Assembly (NCBI GenBank): GCA_964016885.1
Contig: OZ024745.1
Location: forward strand, 36,518,001 to 36,582,000
Reading direction: 5' to 3'
Source of the DNA: Eledone cirrhosa
Lineage: Eukaryota
Length of the DNA: 64,000 bases
Part shown: positions 1 through 15,686 of the stretch, piece by piece
How the letters are laid out: each line of letters opens with the position of its first letter
Numbering within the stretch: the first letter of the stretch is position 1
Notes under the pieces: generated by a model
Told to the model about the DNA's origin: nothing
What the model saw: only the letters and a program-made list of their open reading frames with translations
Database searches by the model: none
Made by a program: the position numbers and the translations under genes

Positions 1-589
1 CGTTTTCAGTGTACCTATGAATATATTACCCAAAGCGTTCTTTTTTTTTAGGGTGTAGAGTGTTGAGATTTTCAGTTGGCTTTTAGAATTTCGCTTTCTC
101 TATGGAGATGTGATCATACATTTTAAGGTAATCTCAGGAGTATCCATTAAATTAACTGAGTGAAGACACTGAAGATTATTACGCAACGAAGTTACATGGG
201 TTAGAATTTTCTCTAAACACAAGCATATTCTGAAAGACATTATTACATTTTGATTGAGAGTGACAAGTTCATAAGAAGAATGATTAGTTCGGTGGTTTGT
301 AATCAAAGACTTTGTTAATATCATGTTCTGAAGATATTTTTCGCTGCGATTTCTCTAAACCTAAAGACTGCAGGAAATTAACTCACTAATGGATGTAGCC
401 TTTCAGGGCAACATTCAGCATCAGTAATGAAAATTCGGCTGGGATTGCAAGATGTTATAAAGGATTTATGATTAGATTTTTTTTCTTTTAGTTATGATGT
501 TTATCCACCACGTTAAAAAATACCAGCAACCATAGTAAATACCTATTTAGTTCATCCTATTTTGCTTGTAATATGTTTAACTTGAGGGA

Positions 590-1350
590 GAGGCTTCGTC
601 CATAACCTCCATAGACCTTCCGATGTGGGAGTGATTGATTTAGTTAACGTTCATTTTACCCAGTTACAAATCGGCAACTGTAGGAAAGAGTATATGTGGG
701 AGGGAATTCCAGAGAGCAGATATCTGAGTAAAAATGAGAGGGTGCAGTGAGTAATATAGGGTATGGGGTTGAACTCTATATGGCTAAATAGATATGGTTA
801 AGTTGTGCCTAATTGGAGATAGTACGGCACCTGGCAATTAGAGGAGCGGTAATAGAAGAAAAATAGACAGAGTGTGGTAACATCAAGTAGTTCCCAATAT
901 GATGTATATGATGTAATTTTATGAGAGCTATCATGCCAATCAGTTTAGTGGCAGCCAGACATGTTTCTGTGAGTAGGAACATCACCGCCACAGATATGGG
1001 AGAGCTACCTCATGGTGGATTTCACCGGGGGTTTTGTACAAACGGATGAAGAATTTTCTGTTCCTAAAGAAGGTGTCACACAGAATGAATACCTAAAGTT
1101 ATAAATGGACATAGGAAGAATAGAATGTGTGTGGGGAGGGGGGGGAAGAACAGACAAATTTGCAAAGCAATAAAGAAGCCTGTGAGGTAGATCAAGCTGT
1201 TATATATATATATATATCAGTCCTTAACATCTTGGAAATGGGAGGGCACATTAGAGTGTGTAGACCTACATACACTATGATAGAAAGAGGAGTTGATCCT
1301 AGGTGCAAAGCTTTTATTAGAGGTGTGATTGATCAAGAATGACTTGGGAG
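590..1350 (-). mobile_element. Degenerate 3' part of a CR1/L2/Jockey-group LINE (RT C-terminus relic)
   Basis: Minus-strand translation with frameshifts gives YKT/PVKSTMR*LSHICGG (cf. YKAQIRPTMEYCSHIWG) and SALWNSLPHILFP (cf. RLWNSLP), motifs typical of the end of LINE ORF2. Boundaries approximate. Confidence 0.6.
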
Positions 1351-1837
1351 CTAAGCAACAATAATTCAGAAATAAATATACGCATCATTTTATTTTCCTT
1401 TTTCCTATTTATTTCTCCTCTTGGCAAATTGAATAAACTATTGCATTCACTTTTCTCGTCTTGTCTTAGAATTTTGTGGTGAGGTGGCAATGGATCGTGA
1501 AGAAGATGTTGAAATCTCTACACCTATAATTTTGCAATAACTAACTTGTCAAGCTACGATTCTCAATCAAATTTCAGCAATATAATAGAGTAGTTTCAAT
1601 TGAACATTATCCTACCCTTAAAACAATGACACTTTGTGTATATTGAATCAAAGCAATATGTTGTTAGAAATTTATATCTATGCTATTTCTTCTGAATTCT
1701 GAAATTAAAGAAAATGACATCCATATTTTAAAATAGTTTTTATATACTTGAATATTTTATTTTAAATAAATATTATAAGGCAAATGTACAATTGAATAAA
1801 ACTGTGATCTAAAACAAAGCCACAAAAGAAAATCTAG

Positions 1838-1996
1838 CAGAGGTGCCTGTGTGGTTACGAAGTTGTAAACAGGTTCACTTCGCAACGATGCAGTTTCCAT
1901 TTCACTGGTGCTTTGGGAAAATATCTTCTAGTATAGCCTCGAGTTAACAAACGTCAAGTAAATATAAATCAATAGACTGAAACTGTGTGTAACGCC
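1838..1996 (+). mobile_element. Degenerate tRNA-derived SINE (family C)
   Basis: tRNA-like head followed by ...ttgggaaaatatcttctagtatagcctcg...gactgaaactg. Related decayed pieces at ~9620-9690 (-), ~26945-27040 (+) and ~60960-61065 (+). Confidence 0.45.
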
Positions 1997-4271
1997 TAAT
2001 AATATATTAGTTATATATCAAAATCTTAATCAAAAATAGAATAACGAAAGGGTTAAAGTGATTAAGTACTCATCTACTTTTATTCTTAATTAATTCTAAT
2101 TATAAACTAATTACATATATTATATTTATTTATCCTAATTATAATTTACATTATTACCGGCTAATTAAATTCCATTTGTCTGCCGGGTGTCCCATTTGTT
2201 TTAACGCATCGAAATATTTATTCGTAACGTATGTGGAGATTTACCCCTAAACACTTTCTAATGCATTCTGGTTACTTTCGAACAATCGAACAAATAACCA
2301 AAGGACATGTTTCATATTTCAGTATCCTTGATTCCAAAAGAATCTTTTAATTATTACCAATAATGTTACCTTATCTTTCATAATATCACTTATATTACAA
2401 TACCTTTTCTAGTCATACAACATTGAATGTCAGATTGATTGTCGACCAAATCTCACATGAACTTTTCGTGGCATATAACGTTTATTGAACTTAAACTCCA
2501 GGAAATATTGGATCTACTGAATGTTGAACTATGACATAAGAAAACAAAGATAAATCACTCAGCTTAGTAGTATCCCACACAAATGTTATATATTGTATGT
2601 GTTTATTGACACCAACGTGGACAAGCATCAGTCCCATTAGTTTTTAAAACTAGCACTGTTTCGTGATTGTTATTTATTTTATTATATTTGTGTAACCCTC
2701 GGGAGACTGACAGAGAATTTCACAAAAATATTTTTAATTTTATGTTTTGCATATTTTCTGATTTTTTTTCTGTTTGTTTTCATTTATACTTTTACATCTC
2801 TTATCGGAATACTAATCTCAAAATATGCAAGAAGATGCCTCTTTTACTTAAATTTCTCCTCGTTTGACATTCTTAAAAACACGTTGCCAGGAGGAATATG
2901 TGCTAATACTTTTTTTAAATTGTTCCATACTTGTTTTAACAATCAGATGAAGTTATAACACTCTTTTTCTCGTCTTAACCAGTTTTTGCTTATATTATAA
3001 TCGGAGAATCACAGGAGCAGTAGAAAAATACCATCCCTTTATTCGCTGGTTAATATTTAACAAGAATGTAAGAGAATAGATAATAAATAAATAAATAAAT
3101 AAATAAATAAATATATTAATTTAAGTTGAAATATTTATACACTTTTCTCTTTAAGAATATTGAAACCATATTTTGTTGAATTCCTTTATTCAGCCTTTCC
3201 ATCATACGTTCTAGATATTAAATGTTTCTATATAATAAACAAATATAAAAAATAGAAGAATTGTATTCTTTAATGTAATAATCTGCAGGCAGTTTCAGGG
3301 ATTATCGGTAATCTTTTGGGAATGAATGACATTTGCAACAATTTGAGATGACTTGGAAGTAAATCTACATTTAATGTTGCCCAACAGCTCAAGATGTTTC
3401 TAAACGTTTACAACTTTACTTGCTAAAGTTTACAACAAAATTTGAACATTTACTTAACATTTCATTTTGACCACTTTCTTTGATTGCAATAGTATTTCTA
3501 GTTCCTCCTTAAAAGAAATTTCATAGCGGTATCTCAATTCATCATTCCATTCTCTCCACATTACCATCTCTATCTCTCTTACTCTTTCATCCTTTTATAG
3601 TTTTAAATTCTTATTCATTTATACTCCAGAATATTTGTATATTTCGTTTCTTCTCAGTTCTAATTCTTAATTATTCTTTAATCTTTACAGTTGTATTGAA
3701 TTAAACCGTCTGATTTCCTCTTTTATTCGTCTTTATGTTTTAACAATATTTTTCTATACAACTACACAACATGAGGTTTCTCATCAATTCAATTACCCCT
3801 CATTAATCTCGAAATAGTAGATTTATTTTACTGCTTTACCTAATGGAACTAATTATTGTAGATCAAAGAGTATTCTCCACATATTATGTTTTAAATTCTT
3901 TCATTTTGGTTTTAATTCTGTCACATTTGAATGAATACTTAATGTGTTTGGTACATTTAATTACACAATAAAATATTTAAAACTATCTTGAGCAAAATTT
4001 CAAAAATAAATACTACTTCTTGATGCTATAACAATTAATTATAATTTCCATTATATAACTAAGTATATATTTTATATTATAATAAAAATTATATCCATGC
4101 GAGCTTGTGTGTATGTCTGTGAGAACAAACAGTTTTAACTTACCCGTGCATTAACGGAGTTTTCATTAGACATAAACAAACAGTTTTGGCGCATTTGACT
4201 CCTTGGGCACACAAAACGTTAAAAACGTAAGGTACGTAGTAACAAGTTATTTCCGATTGTGGGGGATTATC

Positions 4272-4748
<477 letters not shown>

Positions 4749-4756
4749 ATAAGGTT

Positions 4757-4807
4757 AGTTTCAGAGGATCCCGTTAAGGGTAAAAGCAGCGATTCTTTGC
4801 TTAAACT
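4757..4807 (+). ncRNA. Hammerhead-ribozyme-like motif (degenerate core), copy 1 of a short dispersed repeat
   Basis: agttt-CAGAGGA-t-ccc gttaa ggg-t-AAAA-gca gcgattctt tgct-t-aaact. Stems I, II and III pair but the core deviates from CUGANGA/GAAA. Second copy at 34754-34804 (-). Confidence 0.45.
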
Positions 4808-5247
4808 TTAATCTGTTATTTTAATAAATATATATATATATTTAATACAATAACAGAGATAGTTTAAAGCTAAACTCTGACTGGTAACCATCTCACTCAA
4901 CAAACATTAGGTTATATTTTAATATAAACCCAATTTAAGTGTTTGGGGTGCTAACAATATGTATTATGTGGAAAAGCCAGTTGTATTATTTTATGAGATA
5001 TAATTAAAGTTAAAATACATCTCTCTTTCCAAACAATTGTTTCATTATAAGTTTTCTACAAATGTATATATATATATATATATATAAATATGTATATATG
5101 TGTGTGTGTGTATGTACATGTAGCGGTGTTTGTATATGTAACAATGCATATACAAAGCCACCCCTTTGTAAATCTTTCTACAAAACTATATGTATTGATT
5201 ATATACATATATCTATGACATTATCGTATCGTATTATATTATATTAT

Positions 5248-5328
5248 ATCCTTGCGGGGTGGATAAAATAAAGTACCAGTAATGCACTGGATAATTGCTG
5301 GCCTTGTGCCCAAAATAGAAACAATTAT
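5248..5328 (+). mobile_element. 5'-truncated SINE (family A)
   Basis: atccttgcggggtggataaaataaagtaccagtaatgcactgg...gccttgtgcccaaaatagaaacaattat matches the 3' half of the copies at 24511 and 55369. Confidence 0.85.
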
Positions 5329-5702
5329 TACTCGTATAGTGTATACTAGGTATGTTGCGTATATATATATATATATATATATGTGTGGGGGGGGGGGGGT
5401 GTATGTGTGTGTGTGTGAGTGTGTGCGTGTGAGTGTATATATATATATGCATACACACATATATATATTGGACAGCAAACAGGTATGAAATTGTATATAC
5501 TGTGTATGTTATTTCAGAATTATCTACATGTTTTTCTTGCATATCTCATTATATTTATTTGATTATGGAGTTCCTATGATATGCTATTTTATTTAATTAT
5601 TTAACGTTACATGCATTGTATTATATCATAGAACCTATTACATAGCTTTATATATATATATATATATATATAAACACAAATCTCCACAAACTAATTATAA
5701 TA

Positions 5703-5747
<45 letters not shown>

Positions 5748-5755
5748 TATACAAG

Positions 5756-5808
<53 letters not shown>

Positions 5809-6049
5809 ACAAAGAGAAAGAGACGATTATTAGGAAGAAAAAAATATTTTTCTCCTTTTTAATTTCTCTCTCTCTTTTTTCTGGGTTAAAATTAGTTTGT
5901 GGAGATTTGTTTGCAGCAATATAAAGGGTAGGATTTCGAATACTATAGTTTGTTCTTTATTGGTGTAACTTAATATGTTCAGTTTGACCTGACAATTATA
6001 TTATAGAAATGTGTTTGTATATATATATATATTCAAGTGTGTCGGACGG

Positions 6050-6379
6050 AAAATGGCTGATGACCCGTGTAGCAGTAAATAGTGACCAGAACTTAAGATG
6101 ACGTGGAATAGCAACAGCCAATGGCATGACAAGTGTGGAAGATGTTTTTTGAAGGTGTTTTTTGACGATAACAAAAATTTGCTCCGACCGAACTACCCGT
6201 GTCCGAAGGAACCTGCAGCTGTAGAATCAGCCAGAACCATACAGTAATCATGTCTCGAGCTACCCGCCGGCGAGACAATTGTAACACGCTATCAAAACTA
6301 TTGTAATATGCCAAAATTATTGTCATATGCCAATAAAGATTGTACTTATGACTTTGGTTCTACTCTCTCTCTCTCTCTC

Positions 6380-6468
<89 letters not shown>

Positions 6469-6533
6469 ATGTGTATATGCAGGAATATGTATATATGCAT
6501 ATATATATATATATGTGTGTGTGTACATATGTA

Positions 6534-6592
<59 letters not shown>

Positions 6593-6597
6593 TGAGA

Positions 6598-6650
<53 letters not shown>

Positions 6651-7080
6651 AGAGAGAGAAAGAGAAAATGCCCGTCAAATCGAATCCTAGCAAAACCACA
6701 TTCACACTGTAGAGGTAGCAGACGCTATCAGCCATTATGTCTACAGCCATGAACCTGTAGAGAACTACTGATCCCGGACATTATTTTGTATTTTTGCCGG
6801 CAGATGTGACATGGAATGTATATAGAGATGTTGTTAACAAAGGCTGCATATTTGTGAATTCGATTAAATTGATTTTCATCCGAGTAGCAGATATGTCTAA
6901 CTTTAAATATGTATGACAGCAGTGTTCAAGCATGGCTGGTGGAAGTGCATGCAAATTAATGTAAGGCCCCGTACTACTGATAGATGTTTTCGCGTGTTTG
7001 TCAATAACGGAATTTGAAAGTGTGATACGTATTCAGATAATGCATGTGAGACCATCTTTAGCTCTACTACCGTTTGAAAG
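6050..7080 (+). mobile_element. Possible decayed DNA-transposase relic (Sola-like)
   Basis: Broken + strand peptides FLPADVTWNVYRDV and WWKCMQINVRPRTTDRCFRV loosely resemble the 'LP...' and 'PRTDxCxxC' motifs I recall from Sola transposases. Interrupted by microsatellites. Confidence 0.3.
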
Positions 7081-7261
7081 ATCAATATCTCGCAGCTTTT
7101 AAAAAATTCGATTTTCTTAAATTTTAGTTAATTGTCTCTGGTTGTAGAACACTGTTTCTCTCTTATTGAATGTGAAATATTCCATGCTTGCAATGCAATG
7201 AAAATTAGGTTTTGTAACATTATGAAATATTTGCTCTGTGTGTGTGTAGGTGGGGGGGCGC

Positions 7262-7417
<156 letters not shown>

Positions 7418-7751
7418 TTGTGGGTGTGGGTGTGTGTGTGTGTGTAACGGAAAACTAGTTCCCCACGCAATCACTACATCGGAAGCCTGAAATCATCAAG
7501 ACAGATTTTATGAGCATACCAGCACCTGTGATCATTGATGAGGCGAATATCGATATTCACTGTGTGCCTTATTTTCAGCACTTCTCTATTAGTGTTAATG
7601 TTTTTCAAGCTGATGAACAAAATATATTTCAGAATCTTCTGTTGGGAACTTTTATTTATCACAATATATATAATATAGTATTACGTATTTACATGTATAT
7701 AATATATGTGTCATACATTTAATTATATATATATATATATAATATAAATAA

Positions 7752-7829
<78 letters not shown>

Positions 7830-9865
7830 TTATTTATATAATATATATATATATATATATATATTGTACCTTCTATACATTAATTTCAATGATTATTTTT
7901 GCTGGGGAGAAGCATGGTTTCTTTACATACGGCTTGAATTATATAGCACATATTCATCTTCGATGGAAATAATATTGTGTTGTATTTATTGTGTTTTTGA
8001 AACGGCTTTTAATATTCTCGTGATATTCCTATTTACTCAATTTTTTTTTCAAGAGTAGATGCTATCTATCATTGAATATCTATAAATCTTTAATCGAGCC
8101 TTTCAATTAAATTGCTGCGCCAAATATTATTTCTATTGAAAAGATATGCTGACACGGCGTATATTTGTATCTACAAATAACAACTGTACTCGATATTTAA
8201 CAAGCTAACGTAGAAATCTGTATGTCTTTCTCGTCCTTTTAGATATAGCAGCCAGTCGACTCTCAGATTATACTCTTTTACAAAATTAGTAATATTTTCC
8301 AAAAGAATGTATACCGCTTTCGACATCTATGGGAGTTGAACACAGAAAGAAAAGGGCCATAATTAATCACCACACAATGTTCTGTCAACCACATGGCTGA
8401 TTTTGCCAATTCAAAGAAACGCCAATATATTCATATTATTTTAGATAAAGTATAGAAATAAAAATTACTTACATCAAAATTCATTCTATGAATGATAGAG
8501 TATCAATCTGTTTCGATAATGAGGTGTTCGATCAACTGAGCGTCACTCCTCAGCCGAATCTACATGACACAACATATTATACAATTAAATCTTTCAATAG
8601 GAGGTGTAATCTATCCGAAAAACATCCGCATAGTTTCCGTCTACTTAATTTGTGGCTGCGGTAACGTTACTTTCCAAAGTTGCCATTCAATGGGATCAAA
8701 TCCGGGATCGATAGATTATGAAAGTAACTGCATAACCATTCTGCATTGCCTGCGTCTATAATATACATGTAATAGTTGGTAATATTAATAATGTTCAAGA
8801 TCGTTGGTAGTTATATTGTTCAGGAGTAAGTATGTCTATGCATATCACTACTAATAGCTAGCATTTTAGTTGTCTATTGTATTGTATTGTACTCACTATA
8901 TACTTCAATCCATTGTGAAACGAAACGCTGAGTGTTTGATCCTTGTGGCACCGATAAAGTAAGCACCATTAAGATATTGTATAAAGATGCTCATAGATAT
9001 AAAGTGGAATAGTTGCAATCTAGGCATAAATCAAGTAGAATGAATCATATCTCTATTAAATATATTCTACTGATAGTGATATATATCTATTCATATTAAC
9101 TCAGGTTATCATACACATATTTTCTATATAACAAACGTCTAATCTATACTTTCCAGCCAAATGGTGTGTCAGTCTGAAAGTTAAAAGATAATTCTTTCGC
9201 TCTGTTTGTTTAATGACTGTAGTTTTGATTTGATAAGAAATAAAATTTATCAGTATAATTTTCAGACTTTAATTAATGAAGATCATACATATACCCACTA
9301 AGTAACCAATGACCATCTCTTATTCCATCCGATAATATTGTATTAAATATTTTCCTGCGCGGTTCTATATCATATCATTTATACTTCATATATTCATGAA
9401 TTTATCAGGCCATTTATATATTTAGCGCATTATATTCTGTTAGTCTCTTCCAACTTTCATTCCTTATATTGCGACTATGCTGGGCACCATATTTAAGGGA
9501 TTTAGCTGCTCGCATCGAACCCACCAGTTATTTGTCAATTTGTTTCATCGATTACATTTTGTCGAACGACAAACCTATGGCACATAACCACAATGACACA
9601 AACATAAACATACAATCGCACACACGGGATTAGCAGTTTCTGTCTACCAATATTCACTAGCAAGACATTGGTCAAACGTATAAAAAATTATAAATGAGAA
9701 GAACAATTATAAATTATAAATGGGACGAGCAAATAGATGGAAATTTACCAAATTTCACTTCAATGTCCCGACTGCAATTTCGCCGATTGGTGTGCAACTA
9801 TGGTACAACTATAGCTGGTAAAGGATGGACACCTTATATATGTGTTTATACTTATGGATACTTAT

Positions 9866-10738
<873 letters not shown>

Positions 10739-11280
10739 CGAAGGATGTGTGGTAAGGAACCATATGGATAATAACGCATATATAGCATTCGCCGAAAACG
10801 CAATACCAGCTAAAAATATAGCACCTGCTTTAGACTCTAGAGATTTTTTTTATTATTTTTTACTATTTAATTTTTTATTATCATTTTTTTTTATTTTATT
10901 TTAATCTCAATTTATTAACCTTTTAATTTTATAACGCCCCACTCTCATATTCCTTTTTAGCCTGCTTTCTACCTAGCCTAATTCCATACACACTCCTTAG
11001 AATTTGGTGTATAGAATTCACTTTCAACGCTTGGCCGGCTCCACCCACTCCCTCATTGTTCAGCCCCCCTCACCTCTCACCCACCACCATGAAAGATTTA
11101 ATTGTGTTTACAAGAAATGTTGACCAATCCTTTTGACAACTACAATCTTCCCATATAAGGAATTACCCATTGAAAATTTCGGCTATTTATTACCACGCTA
11201 AAAATTATAATTTAGTCCAAAAATAGCCGTCGGGGTTAAACATTTTCCTATGTCATATTCAAACTTAAAATGATTGGCAT

Positions 11281-11396
<116 letters not shown>

Positions 11397-11594
11397 GCCA
11401 ATCATTTTAAGTTTGAATATGACATGCGAAAACATATATATATATATGAATTAAGTAAGCCCAAATCATAGTAGATTAAAAAATCACAGAGAGAGGTGCA
11501 TCAGAAATGAAACATGTATCACAGGTTAAAATATAGTCGAGATAGATGAGAAACAAAACGAGGATATAGTTTATGGAACACCCAAATTATTTAG

Positions 11595-12046
11595 AAGTCG
11601 ACCTTAAGTAGGAGCAACAACATTAAAAAAACACATGAACCACACCATATCATATTGTTTTGGAAATTTGAAAGTAGGTTCATAAGTATGAATTTTCATA
11701 CGACTTTTTGTAGTGGTCTCTGTGGCCTAACGGTAGGTACTACATACGGTAGAGGTGCTGGACTGGGGCTCAATCCTGGTCAAGAGATACATCTAATCTT
11801 TTTCAGTTTTTATTTTTCATCGCATAAAAAAAAAACCTGAATATGGTTAACCTGGAACTCTACTCTCGACCAGGATCGAACTTCAGACCAGGATCACCAC
11901 CGGCTATGATTCCACCAACTTGACAAACTAGGTAGCTACAAAAGAGCAATGAAGTTAATAATTATAAACCTACTTTCAAAATCAAAGTTAAAAAGACGTG
12001 GTGTCATTTATGGCGTTCATAAACTAGTCATACTTAGGGTCGACTT
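11595..12046. repeat. Degenerate ~450-bp palindrome (fold-back/MITE) with tRNA-like segments in the arms
   Basis: Paired blocks: aagtcgaccttaagta/tacttagggtcgactt; tttgaaagtaggttcataa/ttataaacctactttcaaa; ttttgtagt/gctacaaaa; atcctggtcaagag/ctctcgaccaggat. Confidence 0.7.
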
Positions 12047-12143
12047 GTCAATCTTCTGGCACTTTGGTAACAAGCCTATTATTCGTATGTGCGTTTAACT
12101 ATTGAATTAATTTAATTTGATTATTTTAACAAACAAATAATAA

Positions 12144-12266
<123 letters not shown>

Positions 12267-12354
12267 CCTATTATTGGTAACAAGCCTATTATTCGTATGT
12301 GCGTTTAACTATTGAATTAATTTAATTTGATTATTTTAACAAACAAATAATAAG

Positions 12355-12389
<35 letters not shown>

Positions 12390-12400
12390 GTATATATAAG

Positions 12401-12496
<96 letters not shown>

Positions 12497-12499
<3 letters not shown>

Positions 12500-12848
12500 T
12501 GGCGGACTGGCGAGGTTGCCAGGTTGCCCAATGGCAAGTGGGCACTAGGGCGGAGGGGCTATGGTAGCATTAAAGGGACCACTGTAGTATTTTAGGCGCC
12601 AATGCTTACCTTTAACAAAATACCTCAAGTCTAAGAGAAAAAATTAATATTTTTTAATAATAAATAAAACAATTAAGCAAAGCATTTGGTCAACCAATTC
12701 CCCGGGGAGATAATAGAAACCAAAATATATGATAGTGCAAATAGTTGGAATCAGTGGTTGTACATTCTCCTAAATCTAAAACTTAGTTTATTCACTCATG
12801 CCTGCAAATATACATATATATAGAGACACTCACACAAGCATATACGCC

Positions 12849-12850
<2 letters not shown>
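12497..12850 (+). mobile_element. Truncated second copy of the 9927-10629 MITE
   Basis: Starts cagtggcggactgg immediately after (TA)n and is colinear with 9927-10280. Confidence 0.75.
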
Positions 12851-12918
<68 letters not shown>

Positions 12919-13532
12919 TTACACATACACACGAACTACTGACCAAATAATATTTGGTACCAATGGCTTAAAGACATCTGTCAAGTCAAATAGTGATGAA
13001 GATGGTGTGTATATATATATATATAAGTATGTATACGCACATATATATATATATATATACAGTACAGACGTACAGTAGTATGTATATACATGCATATATA
13101 TATATATATATAAATATATATATATGTACGTATGGGTTACCGAACATTTATTATAATGCTCGCTTTGTTTGTAAACAAACAGCCCGAATTATTAGCCGTA
13201 TAGTGTTCGCAAACCATCGTTGCCATTTTGTTCAACACTGACAAAGGAACGATGACCTAGTTTCTAGTTTATTAGCTGTCATCAGCACCGTATACCTTCT
13301 TGTCAGTAGACTGAACGTTTGAAAGTATATACTTTCCTTATACATATTAACGGCTGAGCAGACTAATTTGCATATCGAGTGAGTTAGTTGGCCGGGCGTA
13401 CCGAAAACGAAAAATGTAAAAAATAAATTTCATTTCTCACTCTTAGTACGCTGATACTTAAATATTAGTATGTATACGTACATACATATATGTATACAGA
13501 CGTACAGTAGTATGTATATACATACATGCGCA

Positions 13533-13579
<47 letters not shown>

Positions 13580-13586
13580 ACGCACG

Positions 13587-13651
<65 letters not shown>

Positions 13652-13947
13652 GTATGGATTTACTGCTGAACATTTATTATAATGCTCGGTTTGTTTGTAA
13701 ACAACCCGAATTATTAGCCGTACAGTGTTCGGCAACCATCGTTGCCATTTTATTCAACATTGACAAAGGAACAATGAACTAGTTTCTAGCTTATTAGTGT
13801 CATCAGCACCGTATACCTTCCTGTCAGTTGATTGAACGTTTGAAAGTATATACATACAGTAGTATGTATACATACATACATGCACACATATATATATGTG
13901 TTGAACAAAATAGCAACGATGGTTGCCGAACACTGTACGGCTAATAA

Positions 13948-15686
13948 CACCGTGTAACATATTTTTTGTTCCCCGGTTCTAAGTGTCATTTCATTGTTTG
14001 TTATATCCCATTATTATTAAAAAAAACAGTATTATTTAATCAGAAGTTTGGGTTTGTGGTCAGGAGTTTGATATTTCGAAATTTTCATATTTTTCAAGAA
14101 AAAACACATTTTTTTTACATTTATCAGTTCATATAATTAAATCAACAGAGTATATATTTATTTTATTACACAACATTATCAAAAGCAAACAAGTAAAAAC
14201 AAATAACACTCATAAAGCAACTTATACACGTCAAAAATGACTGGATTTCCTGGATTTGCGGTTGTAATCCAGGTCGCATTCCCGCACTAGCCCCCAGATA
14301 TAGTTCCCCATCATTTTTTCATTGTAGTGGCCCTGGTACCTCCGCTCTATCTCTTTCACATCTTGGTGGAATCGTTCGCCTTGTTCTTCTGAGTAGGCAC
14401 CCATGTTGTCCTTAAATTTTTCTAGGTGAGCGTCCAGCATATGGAGTTTAAGCGACATCCTGCATCCCATGGCGCCAAAAGACTTTATCAGATCCTGCAC
14501 CAGTTGCTGGTAGTTTTCAGCCCTGTAGTTGCCCAGGAAGCCCTTAACAACTGCCTTGAAACAGTTCCATGCTGTTCTCTCAATCCTATTGAGCTTATCG
14601 GAGAACTCGGTAGACTCAAACACCTTCTGTATCTGAGATCCAACAAAAATTCCACCTTTGATTTTGGCCTCAGATAACTTGGGGAAGAACTCAAGAAGGT
14701 ACTTAAAAGCGGCTGATTCTTGGTTGAGAGCCTTCACAAACTGCTTCATCAACCCCAACTTAATGTGCAGTGGCGGCATGAGCACAATTCTGGGATCAAC
14801 CAGTGACTCCCACATGCCGTTCTGGGTCCCAACTACAAATTCTGTTTGCTGCTCCCAGTTCTTTCTTTTGTAGTGGTCAGAGGTGGCTCTGCTGTCCCAA
14901 AGGCAGAGGAAGCATTGGAATTTGATAAAGCCTCCTTGGAGTCCAAGCAAGAAAGCCACCATCTTGAAGTCTCCAATGATTTCCCAATTGTACTGGTTGT
15001 ATTGCAGAGCTTCCAAGAGGACTTTCACACTGTAGTAATCTTCCTTCGGGTAGTCTGAATGAGTTAGGGGCAGTGTCGGAAACTTGTTTCCATTGTGGAG
15101 GAGGACAGCCTTCAAACTTGTGGTGGAGCTGTCTATAAATAGCCACCATTCCTTGGGCACAAACGGCACCCCAATAACGTCAATCAGTCCAGGCGCGTCA
15201 TGGCAGAAGCAGAGGCCATCCCTGAGAGTGTAAAAGCCTGAGAAAGGTTCGTGTCGCCTTCTCTGACTTGTCACCTGCACTTCCTCCTTGACTAAGTTCC
15301 ACTACTTCATCCTGGAGACGAATGCTTAAAACACAACTTACCATTTATTCAGGGTGCGAAAATCCAGTATCAATAAATCTCTTTAATCCACTTTTTAACA
15401 ATTTTATACATTATTGCACTTTTATAATTTTCTTTAGGTATTACTCTTTATTTTATAATTTGAATTTAACCTGAAACATATATTTAAAAAGTCATTTAAC
15501 ATAAGCAAATTAAACTTACATACAACGTAAAATCCAGCATACAAATAATTCTAGTCAATAGCTTAGAATTTTACAAACCCAAACTTTTAACTGTTTAATA
15601 GCACTTTTTATTTATTTGGCACCTAAGCAACACAAAAAAGTGATTACAATCCAGGAACAAAGAATTGTTTTTTTTGTTACACGGTG
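13948..15686 (-). mobile_element. Chapaev3-like (CMC/Transib-RAG1-related) DNA transposon, internally deleted
   Basis: TIRs CACCGTGTAACA (13948) and TGTTACACGGTG (ends 15686). TAA target-site duplication at 13945-13947 and 15687-15689. Contains a DDE transposase ORF. Confidence 0.85.
14231..15280 (-). pseudogene. Catalytic C-terminal part of a Chapaev-type DDE transposase (349 aa; N-terminus lost)
   Basis: Motifs LFIDSS, GDFKMVAFLLGLQGG, CFLC, PPLHIKLGL, KLHMLDAH and GAYSEEQGERFHQ parallel the RAG1/Transib core. The upstream in-frame sequence VSRMK*WNLVKEE has a stop and then breaks off at ~15320. Confidence 0.85.

Noticed and set aside
1-400. Penelope GIY-YIG linker relic (ORF 100-324, IMSFRICLCLEKILTH)
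   Set aside because: A single weak motif at the window edge; insufficient support.
11705-11790. Functional tRNA gene (also considered for SINE heads)
   Set aside because: No complete cloverleaf; only degenerate A/B-box-like segments within repeats.
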